Source: Bacteroidota bacterium (GTDB taxonomy: Bacteria > Bacteroidota > Bacteroidia > Bacteroidales > VadinHA17). From it: a DNA stretch of 64,000 nt. Below the pieces are notes generated by a model, which saw nothing but the letters and a program-made list of their open reading frames with translations, did not search any database and was not told the DNA's origin. Each line of letters begins with the position of its first letter. Position 1 is the first letter of the stretch. The stretch covers positions 3,299-67,298 of the forward strand of contig JAYEGY010000013.1 of assembly GCA_034659275.1 (NCBI GenBank), given 5' to 3'. This document shows positions 55,999 to 64,000 of the stretch, piece after piece. Position numbers and translations under genes: made by a program.

Positions 55999-58662
55999 AT
56001 GGGAGAACTTTTTGTCGAAGAATCCGCGTCCGCCTCGCAAACAGGGATGGAAGAAGTGGGAAATGAATTACCTCTGAAAGCCGACAAGCCACAAATAAAA
56101 ACGGGGAAAATCTCTGTGGAAGAAATAGAAAAAGGGATAGTGAAAGTAGGTGATAACAGAAAAACATACAGCCATAACGAGGTCATAAGTGCATCAATAG
56201 ATTATTTTAATGGTGATGACCTTGCTGCAAGGGTGTGGGCCAACAAATATGCTCTTAAGGATTCATTCGGTAAACTTTATGAAAAGACTCCCGATGATAT
56301 GCATCGCAGGCTGGCTAAAGAAATCCACCGGATCGAAAGAAAATACCCGGAGCCTGTAAGTGAGGATGAAATATATTCCGTGTTAGAAAAATTCAGGTAT
56401 ATAATTCCCCAGGGAGGACCGATGACGGGTATTGGCAATGATTACCAGATTGCATCCCTCTCGAACTGTTTCGTAATAGGTAACGATGGAGAGTCTGATT
56501 CCTACGGGGGTATACTGAAGATCGACCAGGAACAGGTACAACTCATGAAACGAAGGGGTGGTGTAGGGCATGATCTCTCACATATACGGCCACAGGGATC
56601 ACCTGTGCTTAACAGTGCTCTCACATCCACAGGGGTGGTACCCTTCATGGAAAGGTATTCAAACTCAACAAGGGAGGTGGCCCAGGATGGAAGAAGGGGA
56701 GCATTGATGCTGTCAATATCAATTAAACATCCTGATTCAGAAAAGTTTATTGATGCAAAGCTGCAAGCTGGCAAGGTTACCGGAGCAAATGTGTCGGTTA
56801 AAATAACCGATGATTTTATGGAAGCGGTTAAGAATGACCGCCCGTTTAAGCAACAGTACCCTATAAATTCAGATAATCCAACATTTTCAAAAGAGATTAA
56901 TGCAAGAGAGCTATGGAACAAAATAGTTCACAATGCATGGGCCTCGGCTGAGCCGGGTGTCCTTTTCTGGAATACTATCGAAAAGGAAAGCGTACCCGAT
57001 TGTTATGCAGACCTGGGATATAAAACTTTATCAACCAATCCATGCGGTGAAATACCACTGTGCCCCTACGATAGTTGCAGGCTCCTCGCATTAAACCTCT
57101 ACAGCTATGTGGATAATCCATTCACTGAAAAAGCAAAATTCGATTTTAACCTCTTCTCCCAACATGTCCATCTGGCACAGAGAATAATGGACGATATTAT
57201 TGACCTGGAACTGGAAAAGATCGAGATGATCCTGGATAAGATCAACAAAGACCCGGAGTCGGAGGAAATAAAAGCTGTTGAAAGAAAACTATGGGAAAAT
57301 ATACATCATAAGACCAGGGAAGGCAGGCGCACAGGGATAGGAATCACTGCAGAAGGCGATATGCTGGCCGCATTGGGGCTGGTATATGGAAGTGAAAATG
57401 CAATAGAATTCTCAACCGAGATACATAAAACACTGGCTGTAGAAGCTTACAGGTCATCAACCATGATGGCAAAAGAAAGGGGAGCATTTGAAATATACGA
57501 TCCTGAAAGGGAAAAAAATAACCCTTTTATAAAACGACTCAGGGACGCCGATAAAAACCTTTATTATCACATGAAGGAATACGGGCGCAGGAATATAGCC
57601 CTGTTGACAATAGCCCCTACAGGCACAACAAGCCTCATGACACAGACAACTTCAGGAATAGAACCTGTGTTTATGCCCGTGTATAAGCGGAGAAGAAAAG
57701 TTAATCCAAATGACCAGGACACCACAGTGACATTTAAAGATGAAGTCGGTGATTCCTGGGAAGAATACAATGTCTTTCACCATAAGTTTGTGGAATGGCT
57801 TAAAATAAATGGCTATGATACTGAAGAGGTAAGGAATATGGATGATGATGATGTGGATGAAATAGTCAAAAAGTCGCCTTACTATAAGGCAACAGCCAAT
57901 GATGTTGACTGGGTGGCAAAAGTCAGGATGCAGGGAGAAATACAGAAATGGGTTGACCATTCGATAAGTGTTACAATAAATATACCCGAGGATGTTAAGG
58001 AGAGCCTGGTGGGTGATCTTTATATGACTGCTTGGGAATCAGGCTGTAAAGGTGCAACAGTATATAGGGATGGATCCCGCAGCGGGGTGCTTATTTCAGG
58101 TAAGAAGGATAAGATCGAAGGGATAAAGAAAAGACCCCGGGTCCTGGATGCCGATATTATACGGTTTAACAATAATGATGAAAAATGGATAGCATTTGTA
58201 GGACTGAAAGGAGGGGTTCCATACGAGATATTTACCGGGCTGGCTGATAATGAGATTTTCCCTATACCGGATTCCATAGTCAAAGGGAAAATTATTAAAA
58301 CCAAGGATGAGGACGGTAAAAACAGGTATGATTTTCAGTATACAGATAAATATGGTTACAAAAATACCCTGGGAGGACTGTCTCATATGTTCAAACCGGA
58401 GTTCTGGAACTATGCAAAGCTCATCTCAGGTGTATTGCGTCATGGGATGCCCATACCAAATGTAGTTAACCTGGTAAAATCATTAAGGCTCGACAGCGCA
58501 TCAATCAACAGTTGGAAAAACGGTGTTGAAAGAGCTCTGAAGAAATATATTCCGGATGGTACCAAGGCAAAAGGCAAATGCGAGGAATGTGGCTCAAGCA
58601 ATCTTGTTTATCAGGAAGGATGCCTTCTTTGCCAGGACTGTGGCTCTTCCAAATGTGGTTAA
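55999..58662 (+). CDS. nrdJ: Adenosylcobalamin-dependent (class II) ribonucleotide reductase
   Basis: N-terminal YFNGDDLAARVWANKYALKD, active-site region STNPCGEIPL, and a C-terminal Cys-rich tail CEECGSSNLVYQEGCLLCQDCGSSKCG. Confidence 0.85.
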   Translation: MGELFVEESASASQTGMEEVGNELPLKADKPQIKTGKISVEEIEKGIVKVGDNRKTYSHNEVISASIDYFNGDDLAARVWANKYALKDSFGKLYEKTPDDMHRRLAKEIHRIERKYPEPVSEDEIYSVLEKFRYIIPQGGPMTGIGNDYQIASLSNCFVIGNDGESDSYGGILKIDQEQVQLMKRRGGVGHDLSHIRPQGSPVLNSALTSTGVVPFMERYSNSTREVAQDGRRGALMLSISIKHPDSEKFIDAKLQAGKVTGANVSVKITDDFMEAVKNDRPFKQQYPINSDNPTFSKEINARELWNKIVHNAWASAEPGVLFWNTIEKESVPDCYADLGYKTLSTNPCGEIPLCPYDSCRLLALNLYSYVDNPFTEKAKFDFNLFSQHVHLAQRIMDDIIDLELEKIEMILDKINKDPESEEIKAVERKLWENIHHKTREGRRTGIGITAEGDMLAALGLVYGSENAIEFSTEIHKTLAVEAYRSSTMMAKERGAFEIYDPEREKNNPFIKRLRDADKNLYYHMKEYGRRNIALLTIAPTGTTSLMTQTTSGIEPVFMPVYKRRRKVNPNDQDTTVTFKDEVGDSWEEYNVFHHKFVEWLKINGYDTEEVRNMDDDDVDEIVKKSPYYKATANDVDWVAKVRMQGEIQKWVDHSISVTINIPEDVKESLVGDLYMTAWESGCKGATVYRDGSRSGVLISGKKDKIEGIKKRPRVLDADIIRFNNNDEKWIAFVGLKGGVPYEIFTGLADNEIFPIPDSIVKGKIIKTKDEDGKNRYDFQYTDKYGYKNTLGGLSHMFKPEFWNYAKLISGVLRHGMPIPNVVNLVKSLRLDSASINSWKNGVERALKKYIPDGTKAKGKCEECGSSNLVYQEGCLLCQDCGSSKCG

Positions 58663-58695
58663 TATATTTGTATGGGAAAGTAGCAGGATGACAGC

Positions 58696-59883
58696 TTATA
58701 TCACTTTCAGCTCCTTGCCTATTTTTTCAAATGCCTTAATAGCTTTATCCAGCTGTTCCTGTTCATGGGCGGCGGAAAGCTGAACTCTTATCCTGGCTTC
58801 TCCTTCGGGAACAACGGGATAAGAAAAACCAATAACATAAATACCCTCATTAAGAAGCCGGGCAGCAAATTCCTGTGACAGTTTTGCATCGTAAAGCATA
58901 ACGGCACAGATGGCCGATTGAGTAGGCTTGATATCAAAGCCAAGCTCTGACATATGATCAACAAAATAGGAAGTGTTATAATGCAGTTTATCCTGCAACC
59001 TGTTGGTCTCTGTCATCATGTCTATCATCCTGCTACCCGCAGCAGCCACAAGAGGGGGTATTGAATTGGAGAAGAGGTAGGGTCTTGACCTCTGCCTTAA
59101 CATATTAATGATCTCTTTCTTACCCGTGGTAAAACCTCCTATAGCTCCTCCAAAGGCCTTACCCAGTGTGCCGGTGATAATTTCCACCTGGCCTTTTACG
59201 TCAAATAATTCGGTAACGCCACGTCCTGTTTCGCCAACCACTCCTGCCGAATGAGATTCATCAATCATTACTATTGAATTATATTTTTCAGCAAGCTGAA
59301 GTATTTTGTCAAGGGGGGCAACATTGCCGTCCATTGAAAAAACACCGTCTGTGACTATTATCCTGAACCTTTGTTCCTGTGCAGCCGCAAGCCTGCTTTC
59401 CAGGTCTTCCATGTCGGCATTTTCATACCTGTATCTCTTGGCCTTACAGAGCCTGACACCATCGATTATGGATGCATGGTTGAGCACATCGGAAATAATT
59501 GCGTCCTCACTGGTTAACAAAGGCTCAAACAAGCCACCATTGGCATCAAAACAGGACGCATAGAGGATGGTATCCTCCGTTCCGAAAAAAGCAGATATTT
59601 TTTCTTCCAGTTCTTTATGCAGGTTACTGGTGCCACAAATAAAACGAACTGAAGACATACCATAGCCGTGGCTGTCAAGGGCTTGCTTGGCCGCTTCAAC
59701 CAACTCCGGGCTGTTGGACAGTCCCAGGTAATTGTTAGCACAAAAATTAAGTACGCGCTGGCCATCAACCAGCTCTATCTCGGCCGACTGGGGTGAACCT
59801 ATTATCCTCTCATCCTTGGATAAGCCCGCCTCAGTGATTTTTTCAAGTTCAGCCTGCAGGTGTTTCTGAAAATCACTGTACAT
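58696..59883 (-). CDS. kbl: Glycine C-acetyltransferase (2-amino-3-ketobutyrate CoA ligase)
   Basis: NFCANNYLGLS and the PLP-lysine region GTLGKAFGG. I chose the start at MYSDFQKHLQAELEKI (59883) rather than the track start at 59925. Confidence 0.9.
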   Translation of the reverse strand: MYSDFQKHLQAELEKITEAGLSKDERIIGSPQSAEIELVDGQRVLNFCANNYLGLSNSPELVEAAKQALDSHGYGMSSVRFICGTSNLHKELEEKISAFFGTEDTILYASCFDANGGLFEPLLTSEDAIISDVLNHASIIDGVRLCKAKRYRYENADMEDLESRLAAAQEQRFRIIVTDGVFSMDGNVAPLDKILQLAEKYNSIVMIDESHSAGVVGETGRGVTELFDVKGQVEIITGTLGKAFGGAIGGFTTGKKEIINMLRQRSRPYLFSNSIPPLVAAAGSRMIDMMTETNRLQDKLHYNTSYFVDHMSELGFDIKPTQSAICAVMLYDAKLSQEFAARLLNEGIYVIGFSYPVVPEGEARIRVQLSAAHEQEQLDKAIKAFEKIGKELKVI

Positions 59884-60580
59884 TTCTGGTGCGTTTAATA
59901 TGAGGGCTCGAAAATAAGTGCACATGCCTTACACCTTTAGGCTGGCCTGTGGTACCCGATGTATAATGAAGTACGGAAGGAGAATCAGCCTTCGTTGGAA
60001 ATATCTCCATGTTTTCCACGGCGTCCTCCTTCTCGAGATTAAAAGAAATTTCCTTTTCTTTTAATGGTTTGGCCTCATTATGATCAACGATAATAATATA
60101 TTCAAGGTCAGGTAGCCTGTCAATTATCTTCCTCACTTTGCCCACATGTTTTCTCTGGCTTATAATTGCCCTGGTACCTGCATTCTCCAGCCTCACGTAT
60201 AATGATTCATCACCGAAAGCTGAAAATAATGGTTGCACTATGGCCCCTATTTTGAGCACTCCAAGGAAAGAGAGGTAGAGCTCGGGTATCTTATCCATGA
60301 AAAGGCACACCCGGTCCTGCTCTTTAATGCCCAGGTTCCGGAGGAAGGTCCCTATGGTATTACCGGCAAGCCTGATATCGTTAAAGGTATATTTTCTTTC
60401 TTTCCCCGTAAATCCTTCGTGGTAAAGTGCTATTTTATCAGATTTGCCCTGTTCACATATCCTGTCTGAGCAGTACCACCCGATGTTTATTACATCGCCA
60501 TCTTTGTAGCCAAGTTCTTTTTCAGATATAGACCAGTCGAAATTCTTTACTCTTTCCTCATAAGAGCCAATGTTACTCAT
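59873..60580 (-). pseudogene. Truncated AMP-dependent synthetase/ligase (acyl/acetyl-CoA synthetase N-terminal ~40% only)
   Basis: A normal N-terminal region runs up to the AMP-binding signature LHYTSGTTGQPKGVRHVH. The frame stops 13 codons later, overlapping the kbl start. Full-length relatives are roughly 550-650 aa. Confidence 0.7.
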
Positions 60581-60651
60581 AGTATAATATTGATTTATTT
60601 AATGGCCTTTAAGATAATGTTATTTTTGAAAGATTAATAATCTGCAACTGT

Positions 60652-60659
60652 CAAATTTA
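60652..60659 (-). promoter_or_regulatory. -7 box TAAATTTG (minus strand) upstream of the truncated ligase gene (possibly now driving kbl)
   Basis: CAAATTTA on the plus strand, 72 nt upstream of the ATG at 60580. Confidence 0.3.
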
Positions 60660-60696
60660 TGCTGTTTGGCAGCAGGGGTGAGTCAATAATGGAATA

Positions 60697-61398
60697 TCAG
60701 TACCTTTCAATCTTATTAATAAACTTATCCTGTATGATCCTGAGCTTCTCAACAGTTCTTTTCTCATCATAGATACGGATCATATCAAGTATTCCCTGTT
60801 CATCATACATAGTGGCAAGGGCGGCATCAAAAGAAAAGTCAATGTTATTGCTTGCATATGAATTTACATTCTCGAAGGTATCCCAGCTGATATATTTATA
60901 TATGCGCAGGTATGCATAAGCCGTACTTTCAAGGTCAAGGAAAATGCCTTCTTCAACTTCTTCAGTTTTAAAGTATTTGGTAACGTGTATGATGCCGTCA
61001 AAGGGGGCATGTTTATGGTGGCGGGCAAATTTTATGCCTTTCTCCTTGAAGGCATTTATGAGAGATGGGATCTTCTGGCAGGGAAGAGCCCTGACCCTTA
61101 TCATACCATACTGTTTGTTCTTAAAACTGATGGTGCCCGGGACAGCGTCGAATTCATGCTGGTAATGTGATTTTACACTCTGTATTGTCCTGATGACTTT
61201 ATCGACATCATATTCAATGTCCGTTACCAGGAACATGGATTCGGGTTCTTCACTGTCGGGTACTGTTGTCCCGTAATAACCGGCATAAGGGCATTCTGAT
61301 ATAAATATGAGGGCTGATCTGCATTGTATGCGATCATTAATTATTAATCTTTCTTTTTTTGTTATTGTACCTAATGAAGAAAACTTACCCCGTGCCAT
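60697..61398 (-). CDS. Hypothetical protein, no family recognised
   Basis: A 233-aa ORF with no signal peptide or TM helix. It has its own -7 box and its composition looks coding. Confidence 0.55.
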   Translation of the reverse strand: MARGKFSSLGTITKKERLIINDRIQCRSALIFISECPYAGYYGTTVPDSEEPESMFLVTDIEYDVDKVIRTIQSVKSHYQHEFDAVPGTISFKNKQYGMIRVRALPCQKIPSLINAFKEKGIKFARHHKHAPFDGIIHVTKYFKTEEVEEGIFLDLESTAYAYLRIYKYISWDTFENVNSYASNNIDFSFDAALATMYDEQGILDMIRIYDEKRTVEKLRIIQDKFINKIERY

Positions 61399-61431
61399 AA
61401 TTTTAGTGTTAGCTAAGTACCAGACTTATAA

Positions 61432-61439
61432 CAAAGGTA
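61432..61439 (-). promoter_or_regulatory. -7 box TACCTTTG (minus strand) for the 233-aa ORF
   Basis: CAAAGGTA on the plus strand, 34 nt upstream of the ATG at 61398. Confidence 0.4.
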
Positions 61440-61482
61440 TTAAATATGTAGCATATTTAGCAATTACTTCGAAGCGGTATTT

Positions 61483-62517
61483 CTATTGCCATTCGAGTAT
61501 GACCTTACCACAATTTCCTTCTTCCATGGCATCAAAGCCCTTCTGGTAATCGTCGATAGGGAAGTGGTGGGTTATTACCGGGCTAAGGTCTATACCCCCT
61601 ATTATCATTTGTTCCATCTTGTACCATGTTTCCCACATTTCCCTTCCGTATATGCCTTTCATGGTAATTGCTTTAAATATAATATCGCTCCAGGGTACTT
61701 TGAATTCGGAGGGTAGGATACCCAGCAGGGATATGGATGATCCGTTGTACATGTTTTCTATCATCTCTTTAAAGGCCTGGGGAGAACCGGACATTTCAAG
61801 GCCTACATCAAAGCCTCTCATTCCAAGTTTTTTGACGGCGTCAGATATTTTTTCTCCCTTTGAGGGGTTAATAAGCATTGTGGCACCCATTTTTTTGGCT
61901 ATATCGAGCCTGTAATCACTCAGGTCACTGGCCACTACATAGCGTGCACCCGCAAACCTGGCAATGGCAATGGCCATACTGCCTATAAGGCCGGCACCCG
62001 TGATAAGAACATCTTCGCCGATAAGAGGAAAAGAAAGCGCTGTATGGGTGGCATTACCAAAGGGGTCCATTATGGCTGCCCAGTCATCAGGTATACGGTC
62101 ATCAAGCAGTATTACATTTTCCGCCGGTAGTTTTAAATATTCGGCAAAGGCACCATTAATATGGACTCCTATTCCAACCGAATTTTCACAGACATGCTTT
62201 TTCCCACGGCGGCAATTCCGGCAATGGCCACATGCCAGGTGACCTTCGCCCGTTACCCTGTCGCCCGGCTTAATATTTTTAACACCTTTTCCAACGGAAT
62301 CAATATAACCTACATATTCATGACCGATGGTCATGGGGGTCTTAATTGTTTTCTGAGCCCACTCATTCCACATGTATATATGAAGATCGGTGCCGCATAT
62401 GGCAGTTTTCTTTATTTTGATAATTACATCATTAAGTCCCGGTTCAGGCACAGGAACCTGGTCCATCCAGATTCCCTTCTCCGGTTTGGCTTTAACAAGA
62501 GCTTTCATTTTTTTCAT
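61483..62517 (-). CDS. tdh: L-threonine 3-dehydrogenase
   Basis: A zinc-ADH fold with [16 protein letters not shown] and the structural-zinc motif [15 protein letters not shown]. The N-terminus matches Tdh. Confidence 0.9.
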   Translation of the reverse strand: MKKMKALVKAKPEKGIWMDQVPVPEPGLNDVIIKIKKTAICGTDLHIYMWNEWAQKTIKTPMTIGHEYVGYIDSVGKGVKNIKPGDRVTGEGHLACGHCRNCRRGKKHVCENSVGIGVHINGAFAEYLKLPAENVILLDDRIPDDWAAIMDPFGNATHTALSFPLIGEDVLITGAGLIGSMAIAIARFAGARYVVASDLSDYRLDIAKKMGATMLINPSKGEKISDAVKKLGMRGFDVGLEMSGSPQAFKEMIENMYNGSSISLLGILPSEFKVPWSDIIFKAITMKGIYGREMWETWYKMEQMIIGGIDLSPVITHHFPIDDYQKGFDAMEEGNCGKVILEWQ

Positions 62518-62717
62518 ACTTTCGAAATTTTTTGCATGAAAATTTATAAAAGTTAATGGATGAAATTTTCATGTCCTTTTCATAGTAATATGAGATTTTT
62601 ATTTATCGATATCAATAATAATACAAATGTAACTTAAAAAAGATGATTTTTCACAGCCCGTAATACTTGATACATATTACTTATCTTTACATTAAATAAA
62701 TAATTCAGTAGTATACT

Positions 62718-64000
62718 ATGAACAATAATGTCAGAGTAAGATTTGCTCCGAGCCCGACGGGACCCTTACACATAGGAGGGGTGCGTACAGCCTTGTATAA
62801 CTATCTTTTTGCGAAGAAACACAGGGGTACCTTTATCCTGAGGATAGAAGATACTGACCGTTCAAGATACGTTGAGGGGGCGGAAAAATATATCATTGAA
62901 TCGCTGGAATGGTGTGGCATAAAGGTAGATGAAGGGATTAATGAAGGTGGTGATTACGGACCTTACAGGCAGAGCGAAAGAAAAAATATTTACGGCAAAT
63001 ATGCTGATGAACTGGTTGAATCAGGATGGGCATATATAGCTTTTGATACACCGGAGGAACTTGAAATACTGAGAAAAAGCCAGGAGGAAAAGGGGAATAC
63101 CTTTATGTACAACGCACAAAGCCGGGAAAGGCTAAAAAATTCACTGGCTCTTCCTTCTGATGAGGTTTGCAGGCTTCATGCCGAGGAAACACCATATGTT
63201 ATCAGGTTTAAGATGCCTGCCAACGATGATATTGAAATGGATGATATAATCAGGGGAAGGGTAATTGCAAATTCAGGGACTCTTGATGATAAGGTCTTGT
63301 ATAAATCAGATGGTAATCCAACCTACCACCTTGCCAACGTGGTTGATGACCATTTAATGGAAATATCGCACATAATAAGGGGTGAAGAATGGCTGCCATC
63401 ATTGCCCTTACATGTTATGCTCTATAATGCTTTCAAGTGGGATATACCAGGCTTTGCTCACCTGCCCCTGCTGCTTAAACCCACGGGCAAGGGAAAACTG
63501 AGCAAGCGTGACGGTGATAAGCTTGGATTCCCTGTTTTTCCCCTTTACTGGCCCTATGGAGAAACGGCAAGGGGTTACCGTGAAGACGGTTATTTCCCGG
63601 AGGCCTTTGTTAATATGCTGGCCCTCCTGGGGTGGAATCCGGGCACTGACAGGGAACTGTTTTCAATGGATGAACTTATAGAAAATTTCAGTCTTGACAG
63701 GGTTGGCAGGTCAGGGGCACGTTTCGATCCGGAAAAAGCCAGGTGGTTCAATCACCAGTATATGCAATTACAAGCGGTGGAAGAAATCGCTGCTGAATAT
63801 AAAAAGATAGTGGAGGAAAAGGGATATAGCATTGATGCGAAAAGCGCTGTTGAATTGGTTGAGATGGTCAGGGAAAGAGTTGATTTTGTTTCTGAACTGT
63901 GGTACCAGACAGATTTCTTTTTTGAAGCTCCCGAAGAGTATGATGAGGTAGCAGTAAGGAAAAAATGGAAGAAAAACTCTCCTTCTATGATGAAAGAGCT
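62718..64000 (+). CDS. gltX: Glutamate--tRNA ligase (N-terminal ~427 codons; continues past the window)
   Basis: Absent from the ORF track because there is no stop in the window. ATG 62718 gives [34 protein letters not shown] (HIGH region), with the KMSKS-type [10 protein letters not shown] further on. Confidence 0.9.
   Translation, partial: MNNNVRVRFAPSPTGPLHIGGVRTALYNYLFAKKHRGTFILRIEDTDRSRYVEGAEKYIIESLEWCGIKVDEGINEGGDYGPYRQSERKNIYGKYADELVESGWAYIAFDTPEELEILRKSQEEKGNTFMYNAQSRERLKNSLALPSDEVCRLHAEETPYVIRFKMPANDDIEMDDIIRGRVIANSGTLDDKVLYKSDGNPTYHLANVVDDHLMEISHIIRGEEWLPSLPLHVMLYNAFKWDIPGFAHLPLLLKPTGKGKLSKRDGDKLGFPVFPLYWPYGETARGYREDGYFPEAFVNMLALLGWNPGTDRELFSMDELIENFSLDRVGRSGARFDPEKARWFNHQYMQLQAVEEIAAEYKKIVEEKGYSIDAKSAVELVEMVRERVDFVSELWYQTDFFFEAPEEYDEVAVRKKWKKNSPSMMKE

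Noticed and set aside
59884-59925. N-terminal extensions given by the longest-ORF rule (kbl 59925, AlaDH-like 32711, ldcA 30391, SPOR 27258, receptor 51298, gldH 40507, arginase-fold 10421)
   Set aside because: The extensions are hydrophobic or low-complexity, or they cross repeats or neighbouring genes. The internal Met starts match family N-termini and in several cases lie 20-35 nt downstream of a TAnnTTTG box.
1-64000. Prophage, integrative element or genomic island
   Set aside because: There is no integrase, transposase, tRNA attachment site or phage structural gene, and no block of anomalous composition apart from the short GC-rich intergenic islands. The gene content is core housekeeping.

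Overview
This is an AT-rich chromosomal segment from a member of Bacteroidota, identified by gliding and type IX secretion (T9SS) genes and by TAnnTTTG -7 promoter boxes. It holds about 55 tightly packed genes, mostly housekeeping. I found no rRNA, tRNA, CRISPR array, transposase, integrase or recognisable defence system. Left to right: mlaF/mlaE-like ABC genes; manC; the T9SS operon porP-gldK-gldL-gldM-gldN; an arginase-fold gene and topA; PBP1A; radA; panD and panC; a glgA-like gene plus DUF4270; a nucleotide-sugar block (WbpE/D/B/A-like, galE, rfbB); a SPOR protein; metG; ldcA; an AlaDH-like gene; tsaE; porX and a probable porW/sprE; nifU and mrp; an ATL protein; trmB; gldH; a PSP1 gene; holB; pgk; a lipoprotein plus a LuxE-like gene; a C1 peptidase; yraN; a LuxR-type two-component pair; waaA; a TonB-dependent receptor with an internally duplicated lipoprotein; nrdJ; kbl; a truncated AMP-ligase; an orphan ORF; tdh; and gltX (partial). 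The least ordinary content is non-coding. Several intergenic gaps hold GC-rich hairpin islands flanked by 7-8 bp tandem arrays. Two of these islands surround four-helix-bundle ORFs of the 23S-rRNA-IVS protein / Avd family. One ORF is intact and boxed by inverted repeats of about 110-120 nt. The other is full length but broken by a TAA at codon 7, so it is missing from the ORF track. These look like free-standing IVS-like cassettes, but mobility and function are unproven. Other points worth a second look are tdh and kbl split by an orphan ORF and a truncated ligase gene, an arginase-fold protein with degenerate metal-ligand motifs, and a GC hairpin just upstream of the porP start. All family assignments come from motif recognition by eye, with no searches run.
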